A program made the position numbers and the translations under genes. A DNA stretch of 64,000 nt from assembly GCA_963791295.1 (NCBI GenBank), contig CAWBRY010000001.1:1271039-1335038 (forward strand), read 5' to 3'. Shown here in pieces: positions 1 through 9,053 of the stretch. Origin of the DNA: an uncultured Sphingobacteriales bacterium. GTDB lineage: Bacteria > Bacteroidota > Bacteroidia > Chitinophagales > Chitinophagaceae. Position 1 is the first letter of the stretch. Every line of letters begins with the position of its first letter. Below the pieces are notes generated by a model. The model was not told where the DNA came from. It did not search any database and saw only the letters and a list, made by a program, of their open reading frames with translations.

Positions 1-156
1 GCGATCCTCTCCGTTCCAAGTTCTTTTCAACGGCTGTCTTTTGACCAGCCCAATATTGCTGTCTTATATTTTCCCTTCATATGGCTTCCCGGATTTATCG
101 TCATGGTCGTATTGTTCAGCCACTTCGTAATGATCAAGCGTTTATTGATGAAGTGA
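1..156 (+). CDS. 3' end of unidentified ORF (hydrophobic tail), cut by window edge
   Basis: Frame 1 is open from base 1 to TGA 154-156 (...FPFIWLPGFIVMVVLFSHFVMIKRLLMK*). No motif recognised. Confidence 0.3.
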   Translation, partial: AILSVPSSFQRLSFDQPNIAVLYFPFIWLPGFIVMVVLFSHFVMIKRLLMK

Positions 157-175
157 AATTTCCTTTAGATATGGC

Positions 176-183
176 TACCTTTG
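176..183 (+). promoter_or_regulatory. Candidate Bacteroidota sigma-A -7 box (TAnnTTTG)
   Basis: TACCTTTG lies 39 nt upstream of the ATG at 222 and matches the TAnnTTTG consensus known for Bacteroidetes promoters. Confidence 0.3.
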
Positions 184-221
184 CGCCCGAATGCAAGATT
201 TAAAAGTATGCTGTAAAGAAT

Positions 222-980
222 ATGGAAACCACGAAAGAGCTAAGACTAGCAGTCCTGATTGACGCCGACAATATACCTTACTCAAACGTCAAGGAAATGA
301 TGGAGGAGATCGCAAAATATGGTACGCCCACATTCAAAAGAATATATGCTGATTGGACCAAGCCTCATGTGACTGGATGGAAAAGTGTGTTGCTGGAGAA
401 TGCTATCACTCCTGTTCAACAGTATAGTTATACAACCGGCAAGAATGCCACAGATTCCGCGATGATCATCGATGCGATGGATATACTTTATTCAGGCAGG
501 GTAGAGGGATTTTGCATTGTGTCCAGTGATAGCGATTTCACCAGGATCGCTACCCGCCTTCGTGAAGCAGGCATGAAGGTAATCGGCATTGGGGAAAAGA
601 AAACGCCTCTTCCATTTATCTCGGCCTGCGATAAATTCATTTACCTGGAGATCCTGAAACCCCCCGTGGAAGCGAGAAAGAGTCCAGTACCCTCCAAAAA
701 TGATCGAGCGATTGCGTCATCCACCCCAGTGATAAGTCCTATTGACAAAGGATTGATCAAATTGATCGGCGATACGATCAATGATATTGCCGATGAAGAC
801 GGATGGGCCTTTCTAGGAAATCTTGGGAATCTATTGTTAAAGAAACAACCCAACTTCGATTCCCGGAACTATGGTTATTCCAAACTTTATCCTCTGATCA
901 AGAGCGTCGGTAAGTTTGAATTTGATGAACGCAGGTCAGGAAAGTCAAATATCACTCACGTCTATGTCCGCACTAAATAA
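222..980 (+). CDS. NYN (LabA/PIN-like) nuclease-domain protein with C-terminal OST-HTH/LOTUS-like domain
   Basis: Intact 252-aa ORF. LAVLIDADNI...YADW...IVSSDSDFTRIATRLREAGMKVIGIG fits the NYN acidic-residue pattern. The C-terminal EDGWAFLGNLGNLLLKKQPNFDSRNYGYSKL resembles OST-HTH. Confidence 0.8.
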   Translation: METTKELRLAVLIDADNIPYSNVKEMMEEIAKYGTPTFKRIYADWTKPHVTGWKSVLLENAITPVQQYSYTTGKNATDSAMIIDAMDILYSGRVEGFCIVSSDSDFTRIATRLREAGMKVIGIGEKKTPLPFISACDKFIYLEILKPPVEARKSPVPSKNDRAIASSTPVISPIDKGLIKLIGDTINDIADEDGWAFLGNLGNLLLKKQPNFDSRNYGYSKLYPLIKSVGKFEFDERRSGKSNITHVYVRTK

Positions 981-1041
981 GGAGGCCTTCTACTTTAACA
1001 TGGCTTTCATTCATTAGCAGATATATTTGCAGCCAGTATAG

Positions 1042-4000
1042 ATGCTGCCCGAGAAGCAAATATTCCAGGACCAGTCGCACAACCGGTGGCAAAAAGTGAA
1101 ATGGATCTTCCGCCTCCTCTTGGTGATATCTCTGTTCCTCATCGCCGTACTTGTAGTTGCCTTGATTCAAGGTCGAAACCCCTCCGCCCTCAGTCTGCAG
1201 TCAAAAGCAAAGGCTTACGCCGATAAGCTAAACCCCGAGCGCCCACTAACCCTCTCCAACAAACAGAACAAAAAGTATAAGGGTATAAAAGATTTCCTGA
1301 TAAGAAAGGAAAAGGAAGAATTGCTGAAAAAGAGATTGAAGAATATTGGGAAAAACATCAATAGGCAACCTTATATCCGCGCTGCCTTTTACACTCCCTG
1401 GGGCGGGAATAGTCTGTCGTTAAAATCATTGGAAAAGCATGCTGGAAAATTGAATACCGTTTTTCCGGAATGGTTTTTCATCGATACCATTACTCACCAG
1501 CTTCAAACACGGATCGACAGTGCCGGTCTCGCGGTGATGAGGGAAAATGAATTGAATATTTTTCCCGTCCTCACCAATTTCAATTCTTCCAAACAACGAT
1601 TCGATGGTGAGCTTCTGCATTATGTTTTAATGGATTCCCTAAGGACCAGGGCATTTGTGAAACAAATAGCTGACACATTGGAGTCATATCATTTTCAGGG
1701 AATCAACGTTGACTATGAAGATATCATTGAGAAAACGAATGAACCATTAACCACATTTCAGAGGATATTGTATGATGGCCTTCATCGAAGAGGGTTTGGT
1801 GTAACCCAGGATGTAGCGCCACTGAATGAAGATTATGATCTTAAGAAATTATCACATTACAATGATCATATACTTTTAATGGCCTATGATGAATCAAATG
1901 GAACTACGCCTGCAGGTCCTATTAGTTCGCAGAAGTGGGTAGAGCAGGTCCTGGACAATGCGGCAAAACAAATTGATCCCGAAAAAATAATTCTGGGCAT
2001 CGCGGGCTATGGCCGGAATTGGGCGAGGGATAGTGAAGGCCGGAGTTGGGTAGAAAGCATCACCTATAGTGACGCAATCAATCTCGCTAAAATCTCCAAT
2101 GCAAAAATCGACTATGACAATACCACCTACAACCTTGATTTCACCTATATCGAATCGGAAAAGGATAGGGGAACGGGGCAGATAGAAAACATCAAACATG
2201 AAGTGTGGTTTACGGATGCCGCCACCACCTTCAATATTCTTCGATTTAGCGACGAATACGCTACGGGCGGAACGGCCCTCTGGCGGCTGGGTAGCGAGGA
2301 TGAACGGATCTGGGACTACTATGATAAGGACCTAAGCAATGACGCCATCGATATAAAACCATATAACTATAATTCATTTTCCTATGTTCCCGTCCTTCCC
2401 GACAACGTCGCGTATCGTGGGGAAGGCGAGGTGCTGGATGTAGTCGCTACGCCTGAGGAGGGAAAGATTGACATCGAAATAGACAGCACTGAAAGGCTGA
2501 TCTCAGAAGAGAATTATGTCCAACTTCCTTCCGGTTATATCATCGAGAAATTCGCGGAAGACAGTGTTCCACCAGGCAAAGGACACAAAATCGTTTTGAC
2601 TTTTGATGATGGCCCGAGTGCTGAATACACTCCTGCTATTCTGAAAATACTCGAAAAGCAAAAAGTGCCAGCCACATTTTTTGTGGTGGGTCTCCAGGCA
2701 GAGGCGAACATTCCTTTGTTGCAACATATCAACCGGGATGGTTTTGAAATCGGCAACCATACATTCACTCATAACAATATAGCCAAAATGAGTGCGGAAA
2801 GAGCCGAATTGGAAATGAAGTCGACGCGACTGCTGATCGAAGCCGTCACCGGACATAGCACGGTCCTCTTTCGCGCACCTTACAATGCAGATGCGTTGCC
2901 CGTCACATACGAAGAATTAGAACCCATTGCCCGCAGCAAGAAAGATAACTACCTCACCATCGGTGAAAGTGTTGATCCCATGGATTGGCAACCCGGGGTG
3001 ACTGCCGACAGCATTTTTGCACGGACTGTCAGGTTAGTAGAGACAGACAGCGCCAGCATCATATTGCTTCATGACGCCGGGGGGCAGACCAGGGAACCAA
3101 CCGTGAAGGCGCTTCCCCGTATCATTAATTACTTCAAGAAACGGGGTTATGTGTTTACAACAGTGGCCGATCTAATGGGAAAAACAAAGGATGATGTGAT
3201 GCCAAAGGTTGCATCTAGCTGGCAGAATAGGATGAATTTCCTTTTTGTTGAAATCGTTTATTGGGGAGGACATATTCTTTTCGCACTTTTCTTCATTGGA
3301 ATTTTTCTTTCGATTGGTAGGATCGGGTTGATGGCGACACTTGCATATTTTCAAAAAAGAAAAGAAAAAAATCAACTCAATACACTTCCCCTTGATTTGC
3401 CCCTGGTGAGCATTGTCGTCCCGGCATATAATGAAGAAGTGAATGCTGTTAGAACAATAGAAAGCCTTTTAGACCAGGATTATCCCAACCTGAATATCAT
3501 TTTTGTAGATGACGGTTCCAAAGATTCAACGTTTGAAAATGTTTCGAATGCTTTTAAGAATAATCCACGCGTACAGGTTTATTCCAAACCGAATGGCGGA
3601 AAATCATCGGCTTTGAATTATGGAGTACATCTTTCAACTGCTCCTTTCATCGTGGGGATCGATGCCGATACACAATTGAAAGAAAATGCGGTCACTGAAT
3701 TGATGAAGAGATTTACAGATGATCGTATAGGTGCGGTCGCAGGCAATGTGAAAGTGGGAAACGAGGTAAATATGATCACTCGTTGGCAAAGTATTGAATA
3801 TATCACGTCGCAGAATTTTGATCGAAGGGCATTCGACCTGCTCAATTGCATAACCGTTGTGCCGGGAGCGATCGGCGCATTTCGACGCGACGCAATTATA
3901 AAGGCAGGACTTTTTACCAGTGATACCCTGGCAGAAGATTGTGATCTCACCATGCGCCTGCATAAGGCGGGTTATCGAATCCGCAATTGCAACAGCGCAA

Positions 4001-4497
4001 TTTCCTATACAGAAGCTCCGGAATCGGTGGGCATGTTCCTGAAGCAACGTTTTCGGTGGAACTTTGGAGTAATGCAATGTTTTTGGAAACATCGTGATGC
4101 CGTTTTCAATTCGCGATATAAGAATTTTGGCATGGTGGCCCTGCCTAATATCCTTCTATTTCAAATGATATTGCAATTCCTGGCACCTTTAGCTGACCTC
4201 ATCTTACTGCTCAGTATTGTTGCCTCCGCTCTGGGTATCGTACAGTCGAGTATCGATCATATCTTCTTCTATTATTTTATATTCACTCTCGTGGATATTG
4301 CGGGAGCGGCTCTTGCCTTTGCCTTTGAAAAGGAAGACTTCAAAAAATTGTTCTGGATCCTGCCTCAACGCTTCGTCTATCGCCAATTAATGTACTATGT
4401 CGTCTTCAAATCAGTTCGTAAGGCAGTGAAAGGGGAGATACAGGGATGGGGGAAATTGAAACGTACTGGAAATGTGAGACTGGATACTAGATACTAG
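1042..4497 (+). CDS. Tri-domain membrane enzyme: GH18-like hydrolase + CE4/NodB polysaccharide deacetylase + processive GT2 beta-glycan synthase (PgaC/NodC-like)
   Basis: Intact 1151-aa ORF with an N-terminal TM helix. The GH18-like block has GINVDYED (D-x-E). CE4 motifs: LTFDDGP, GNHTFTH, FRAPY, ILLHD. GT2 motifs: VPAYNEE, VDDGSKD, DADT, AEDCD, QRFRW. TM helices lie before and after the GT2 domain. Confidence 0.85.
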   Translation: MLPEKQIFQDQSHNRWQKVKWIFRLLLVISLFLIAVLVVALIQGRNPSALSLQSKAKAYADKLNPERPLTLSNKQNKKYKGIKDFLIRKEKEELLKKRLKNIGKNINRQPYIRAAFYTPWGGNSLSLKSLEKHAGKLNTVFPEWFFIDTITHQLQTRIDSAGLAVMRENELNIFPVLTNFNSSKQRFDGELLHYVLMDSLRTRAFVKQIADTLESYHFQGINVDYEDIIEKTNEPLTTFQRILYDGLHRRGFGVTQDVAPLNEDYDLKKLSHYNDHILLMAYDESNGTTPAGPISSQKWVEQVLDNAAKQIDPEKIILGIAGYGRNWARDSEGRSWVESITYSDAINLAKISNAKIDYDNTTYNLDFTYIESEKDRGTGQIENIKHEVWFTDAATTFNILRFSDEYATGGTALWRLGSEDERIWDYYDKDLSNDAIDIKPYNYNSFSYVPVLPDNVAYRGEGEVLDVVATPEEGKIDIEIDSTERLISEENYVQLPSGYIIEKFAEDSVPPGKGHKIVLTFDDGPSAEYTPAILKILEKQKVPATFFVVGLQAEANIPLLQHINRDGFEIGNHTFTHNNIAKMSAERAELEMKSTRLLIEAVTGHSTVLFRAPYNADALPVTYEELEPIARSKKDNYLTIGESVDPMDWQPGVTADSIFARTVRLVETDSASIILLHDAGGQTREPTVKALPRIINYFKKRGYVFTTVADLMGKTKDDVMPKVASSWQNRMNFLFVEIVYWGGHILFALFFIGIFLSIGRIGLMATLAYFQKRKEKNQLNTLPLDLPLVSIVVPAYNEEVNAVRTIESLLDQDYPNLNIIFVDDGSKDSTFENVSNAFKNNPRVQVYSKPNGGKSSALNYGVHLSTAPFIVGIDADTQLKENAVTELMKRFTDDRIGAVAGNVKVGNEVNMITRWQSIEYITSQNFDRRAFDLLNCITVVPGAIGAFRRDAIIKAGLFTSDTLAEDCDLTMRLHKAGYRIRNCNSAISYTEAPESVGMFLKQRFRWNFGVMQCFWKHRDAVFNSRYKNFGMVALPNILLFQMILQFLAPLADLILLLSIVASALGIVQSSIDHIFFYYFIFTLVDIAGAALAFAFEKEDFKKLFWILPQRFVYRQLMYYVVFKSVRKAVKGEIQGWGKLKRTGNVRLDTRY

Positions 4498-4557
4498 ATG
4501 CGGATGCTGGATACTGGATGGTAGAGAATAATCATTACTTTTAAGAAAACAAGCACT

Positions 4558-4956
4558 ATGAACTTTTACCTGATTGATGCCGGAGGTGCGGGGTTACTCT
4601 ACTACGCTGTCTTCTTGGGCGCGCTCTTTATGGTCCTTGCCACCTTGCTGGAGGCAGTGGCGATGATCCTGATGAAATATAATACTCCGTTTAAAAAGGC
4701 AATAGGGGATTCAATGCTTGTTAACCTGGCTTCGTTGGCTGTGGGTTTTTTGCTGATCGTCACAAGCATCAATCTATTTGACAATAAGAGCGCCCTTGTC
4801 AATTTGCTAATTCTCTATGCTATAACCCTGGTAGTTGAAGTGCCGATCCTTTACCAGTTAAATCGTTCAAAACCATTTAAGAGGACGCTAGTGACAGGTA
4901 TGGTCATGAACCTGGTCACCTACTTACTTTTATTTTTGTTTAACCTGAATTCTTAG
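4558..4956 (+). CDS. Small polytopic membrane protein, unknown function
   Basis: Intact 132-aa ORF with about 4 hydrophobic helices, 60 nt downstream of the synthase fusion on the same strand. Confidence 0.55.
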   Translation: MNFYLIDAGGAGLLYYAVFLGALFMVLATLLEAVAMILMKYNTPFKKAIGDSMLVNLASLAVGFLLIVTSINLFDNKSALVNLLILYAITLVVEVPILYQLNRSKPFKRTLVTGMVMNLVTYLLLFLFNLNS

Positions 4957-5000
4957 CCTTGCATCATTAGTGCAACCTGGATCTTCATCATAAAATCTAT

Positions 5001-6062
5001 TTGTTGAAAAAGAAAGCGATCATTCTTTTATTGGCAGCAGGTCATGGATTGAACGATTGCATAGCCGGATATTTTTTAGCCAGGCTCGTTCATCTAAAAT
5101 CAGACCTTCTACAAATCAGTGCCGGATTACTTTTATACAATTTATTGGCGTTCGGAGGACAGTATCCCGTAGCTCTTATCCTTGAAAAGTGGCGAAAGCC
5201 AAAACAGTTCCTTTTGATAGCGTACGGACTGAACATTCTAGCTGTTGGCCTTTTTGCCACAGTTCCGTCGATCTCGATATTCCTCGCGGGTATAGCTTCG
5301 GCAATCTATCATGTGGCAGGGGCAACTGTTTGTGCAAGGGAAAACAAAGCAGTTAATATTGGTCTGTTTGCTGCGCCTGGCGTTGCGGGATTGATAGCGG
5401 GTGGATACCTGGCGTATCAGGGATTCAACATGATCTCGATATTTCTTCTGGGCGCCTTTGTGATAATAAGCATGCTTGCACTTATTTCTATTGACCCAAC
5501 TCCCGCTACACATGAGAGGGAAGTAAACGACGGCCAGAAACATTCATTGGATAACCATGATCTCATAATGATCGGGCTTCTCACTTTCATTTCCCTGCGA
5601 TCTGTGATCTGGAATGTATTTCAATTGATTGAAGAAAATAATTATGCATGGTTGATAGCGATCGCCGCTTCCGCGTTTGCTGGAAAAATATTGGGCGGAT
5701 GGATTGCCGACCGGATCGGATGGAAACTATATACATTCATTTCGCTGTTAGCAGCTACACCGTTAATCACGTTGTTCCGAAAGGAAATTATATTGTTCTG
5801 CATAGGTATCGGCTTGTTGCAATCAAGCATACCTGCAACCACGTCATTGTTGATCCAGGCAATGAAAGGCAAGACGGAAAGGGCTGTGAGTCTATCTTTC
5901 GGAACGGCGATCTTTATAGGAGCCATTCTGTTTTATTTGGTACAAAATATCATCACCGGTTTTGTTCCATGGTTGTCTCTGATCCTGCTGCTTATGTTAC
6001 TTGTTCTTTTCACAATAAGCTATCGTCGAAAGAAGAAAATTTATGGTGGTAATATTCTCTGA
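5001..6062 (+). CDS. Polytopic membrane protein, MFS-like
   Basis: Intact 353-aa ORF (TTG start in the track) with about 10 hydrophobic segments. The loop GGWIADRIGWK is reminiscent of the MFS loop 2-3 motif. Confidence 0.55.
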   Translation: MLKKKAIILLLAAGHGLNDCIAGYFLARLVHLKSDLLQISAGLLLYNLLAFGGQYPVALILEKWRKPKQFLLIAYGLNILAVGLFATVPSISIFLAGIASAIYHVAGATVCARENKAVNIGLFAAPGVAGLIAGGYLAYQGFNMISIFLLGAFVIISMLALISIDPTPATHEREVNDGQKHSLDNHDLIMIGLLTFISLRSVIWNVFQLIEENNYAWLIAIAASAFAGKILGGWIADRIGWKLYTFISLLAATPLITLFRKEIILFCIGIGLLQSSIPATTSLLIQAMKGKTERAVSLSFGTAIFIGAILFYLVQNIITGFVPWLSLILLLMLLVLFTISYRRKKKIYGGNIL

Positions 6063-6164
6063 ATCATGCTAATATAATGCGCCTCTCATTCGATTCCAAA
6101 TCCCAACTACCTAGTGACAAAGAGCATGAAATTTAAATTGTAAATTGTAAGAGATGGCAACCTT

Positions 6165-6791
6165 TTGAACCAGCAATTCGATTTATTCACCAAACAATAC
6201 CAGGAATTGTTATCTGCAGATGAATTGACCTACCATGTCGGGGGTTGTGCGCTCAACAGCCGTGAGAGCCAGAAAGCGATTTATACCTCGTTTTATGGCT
6301 ATGCCATGGCAATCTGCGACAGATATACGAATAGGCAAGAGGACGCAGTGGAGATTCTTAACGACGGGTTTCTTAAAGTTTTCAAGGAGATACATCACTA
6401 TCAACCGGCTTATGCCGATGTGGTAAGTTCTTTCAAGGGATGGTTAAGAAAGATCATGGTGTACACTGCCATCGACCATTTCAGGAAGTATCAAAAGCAT
6501 CGAATGATCACTGAACTGGATTCTGTAGTATATCAGGTGGCATCGATCAATGAAGACGCGGTGGAAAAATTATCTTATGAGGAGATCATCCGCGCAGTGC
6601 AGGAATTATCACCGGGATACAGGACCGTTTTTAATCTGTTTGTTATAGAAGGTTTAAGTCATGATGAGATCTCAGGCCAGTTGGGAATTTCAACGGGGAC
6701 TTCCAAGTCCAATCTTTCAAAAGCCCGGCGACAATTGCAAAAGATATTACATAAACAAAATCAACAACAGATAGCTAAAAATGCAGTCTGA
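6165..6791 (+). CDS. RNA polymerase ECF-type sigma-70 factor
   Basis: 208-aa ORF. Region 2-like GWLRKIMVYTAIDHFRK; region 4 LSPGYRTVFNLFVIEGLSHDEISGQLGISTGTSKSNLSKARRQL. The start codon is uncertain (TTG). Confidence 0.85.
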   Translation: MNQQFDLFTKQYQELLSADELTYHVGGCALNSRESQKAIYTSFYGYAMAICDRYTNRQEDAVEILNDGFLKVFKEIHHYQPAYADVVSSFKGWLRKIMVYTAIDHFRKYQKHRMITELDSVVYQVASINEDAVEKLSYEEIIRAVQELSPGYRTVFNLFVIEGLSHDEISGQLGISTGTSKSNLSKARRQLQKILHKQNQQQIAKNAV

Positions 6792-8145
6792 AGAATTTGA
6801 TAATAAAACCAGGGAAGCAGCTGAACACCATCATCCCGCTTACGATGAGAAAGCCTGGGAAAAAATGGAACAGCTTCTCAATAAACATCTTCCTCAAAGG
6901 AAAGATGGACGGAGAAGGCCTGCCATGATCCTGCTTTTTCTCCTGTTATTGGGGGGAGCAGGAATTCTTCTGGTCGCCAAACCCTGGCGCTCGAATACTT
7001 CTACTGCCAGTACAGGCAGCAAGAAGCCCTTAACTTCTCCTGATGTTTCTTCGGAAAGCAAAGGCCGCCAGGAAAATCTGAATAAAAACAGTTCGCCCGT
7101 GGACCTAAGTAAAAATGTTGCTGCAAAGGAAACTCAACGTTCAATTTCCACGCCAAGTAGTATCAGTATTAAATCAATACCGAACAAACAGTCAAAGGCT
7201 CAAAACAAACTGGCGGGCATCGCCAAAGAAAAAGTTGAAGTAATTACCAATAGCAAAAATCAACTTCATAAGGTCGCCATTCCAAACCCGGAAAATGTTT
7301 CAGTAACAAAAAAAGCTCAGCTTGTTCCGGAGACGAAGCCACTGATCAATAAAATAATTTCGGCTGGGAATCATCCACAAAAAGATGTGGCTAGCGTGGA
7401 TCCGAAGGTAGATCAGGTTACCAAGCATGATGGAGAGGTAAATGATCAAAAGATAGAAGACAAGACAGTCGCTGCTAAACTGAAAAAGCCCAACAGTAAA
7501 AGCAAGAAACAGAATTCATTTTTCTTTACGCTATCGGCAGGACCGGAATTGAGTTCCGTCGATTGGGAAAGCCTGGACAGGGTTAAAGTGATGGTAGGAT
7601 TCGGCGTTGGTTATAGCTTCGCAAACAGGATTACAGTAAGGACCGGCATCTTTTCTTCCAGGAAAATTTATTCGGCCAATCCGTATGATTATCACCCCCC
7701 TGATTATTTCTGGCAATACTATCCGGATTTAAAAGGAGTGGATGCTGATTGCAAGGTGCTTGAAGTTCCGCTTTCGATCGCTTACAATTTTGGCCGGACA
7801 GAAAATCATAACTGGTTTGGTTCAGTAGGCATGTCTTCCTATTTCATGAAAAGAGAGACCTATGATTACCGGTATAAAAACTCATCTGGCCAATTACTCA
7901 CCTGGGAGTCGACCATGCGAAATAGAACCAAGCATTATTTTTCCGTGCTGGCATTATCCGGAGGATATGAACGGAAAATCAATAAGACGATTACTTTGAT
8001 GGCAGAACCTTTTGTGAGGATCCCGTTGATCGGAGTTGGTTTTGGAAAAGTGAAGCTTTCAACGGCCGGTGTGTTATTTTCTGCAACGATCCATCCATTT
8101 CATTCAAAGAATTCAATCAAATCGACAGTACCCACACCTAGGTAG
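6781..8145 (+). CDS. Sigma-coupled membrane protein: short N-terminal segment, one TM helix, Lys/Ser-rich linker, C-terminal OMP-like beta-barrel region (putative anti-sigma/partner)
   Basis: Intact 454-aa ORF that overlaps the sigma gene by 11 nt. TM helix PAMILLFLLLLGGAGILLV. The low-complexity K/S/N/P linker is about 170 aa. The C-terminus has alternating aromatic/glycine strands (GFGVGYSF...GVLFSATI). Confidence 0.6.
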   Translation: MQSEEFDNKTREAAEHHHPAYDEKAWEKMEQLLNKHLPQRKDGRRRPAMILLFLLLLGGAGILLVAKPWRSNTSTASTGSKKPLTSPDVSSESKGRQENLNKNSSPVDLSKNVAAKETQRSISTPSSISIKSIPNKQSKAQNKLAGIAKEKVEVITNSKNQLHKVAIPNPENVSVTKKAQLVPETKPLINKIISAGNHPQKDVASVDPKVDQVTKHDGEVNDQKIEDKTVAAKLKKPNSKSKKQNSFFFTLSAGPELSSVDWESLDRVKVMVGFGVGYSFANRITVRTGIFSSRKIYSANPYDYHPPDYFWQYYPDLKGVDADCKVLEVPLSIAYNFGRTENHNWFGSVGMSSYFMKRETYDYRYKNSSGQLLTWESTMRNRTKHYFSVLALSGGYERKINKTITLMAEPFVRIPLIGVGFGKVKLSTAGVLFSATIHPFHSKNSIKSTVPTPR

Positions 8146-8197
8146 TGTTCCATGTTGTGTCCTAATAAGAGGTTATCCCTGCAGAGGGAAACCTCTT

Positions 8198-8755
8198 TTA
8201 TTTTCCCCAACGGAATGTTTTTATGTCGAAGCCGGCCAAGTCTAGCACGCGGTCAACAACCGTCGCAACTAATTGGTCTATTGTATTTGGCTGACTATAA
8301 AAGGAGGGGCTTGCCGGACAAATGATCCCTCCTGCCAAGGTTACTGTTTCCATATTCCTGATATGGATGAGGCTGTAAGGCGTATCGCGGATGACGCAGA
8401 TTAATTTCCGCCTTTCCTTTAAAATGACGTCGGCCGCCCTGGTTACAAGGTCATTCGAAACTCCCGCCGCAATGCGTCCAAGGGTTCCCATGGAACAGGG
8501 AATAATGATCATCGTGTCGTATTGTCCTGAGCCGGAGGCGAATGGCGCGGAAAAATCTGTGCTGCCATAAAATTGCACGGGGAATTGTTGATGTTCTTCG
8601 TTGCCTAATTCAGTTTTCCAAACCTCGCGGGCGTTATCGCTCATTACCACCGCCAGTTGATCCCAATGCTCTTTCAACGCCATCAACTTAGTCAATATGT
8701 TGGCAGCGTACATCGAGCCACTGGCACCAGTTATAGCAACGACTATTTTTCTCAT
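8198..8755 (-). CDS. ubiX: Flavin prenyltransferase UbiX
   Basis: Intact 185 aa. Motifs: ITGASGSMYA, PCSMGTLGRIAAGVSNDLVTRAADVILKERRKL, PASPSFY. Confidence 0.9.
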   Translation of the reverse strand: MRKIVVAITGASGSMYAANILTKLMALKEHWDQLAVVMSDNAREVWKTELGNEEHQQFPVQFYGSTDFSAPFASGSGQYDTMIIIPCSMGTLGRIAAGVSNDLVTRAADVILKERRKLICVIRDTPYSLIHIRNMETVTLAGGIICPASPSFYSQPNTIDQLVATVVDRVLDLAGFDIKTFRWGK

Positions 8756-8964
8756 GCTCTAAAATCCATCATTTACCGTAAAACATTTGAAGGTAGAAAA
8801 AATCGTGCAAACATTGAGCCTGGTCAATTTATTGTGTTTTTAATACATATTTTCAGGAATTGCCCAAAAAGACATGATGAAAAATTTGAATTAATTAATT
8901 ATTCTCCGATATTAGCTTTGAATTTTCATAGGATAAGGTTTAATGGTTAATGGTTTTTGATTAG

Positions 8965-8986
8965 GCCCCGATCTTTTGGTCGGGGT
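8965..8986 (-). terminator. Weak hairpin downstream of the oxoamine synthase gene
   Basis: CCCCGA/TCGGGG 6-bp stem with an 8-nt loop, about 70 nt past the stop at 9054. There is no clear U-tract on the minus strand. Confidence 0.25.
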
Positions 8987-9053
8987 TCTTCGTTGGAGAG
9001 GTCATAATCGACTAAGCATGACCGTGAACCCATGTGCATTCTATGCAAGAGGA

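Noticed and set aside
3618-4092. Long antisense ORFs in the track (for example 3634-4092 -, 17311-17862 -, 40487-40924 +, 55148-55633 +, 60912-61397 -, 62919-63639 -)
   Set aside because: They lie opposite strongly supported genes (GT2 fusion, lon, APC permease, FAD-Rieske, tamB, TamA-like). They have no recognisable motifs and show low-complexity or biased composition typical of shadow ORFs.
6127-6150. TAAATTG TAAATTG tandem upstream of the ECF sigma gene as a regulatory repeat
   Set aside because: There are only two 7-nt copies in AT-rich sequence, which is compatible with chance.
8657-8950. 97-aa plus-strand ORF overlapping the ubiX 5' end and the intergenic region
   Set aside because: It partly overlaps ubiX antisense, has no recognisable motif, and the region is AT-rich promoter-like sequence.
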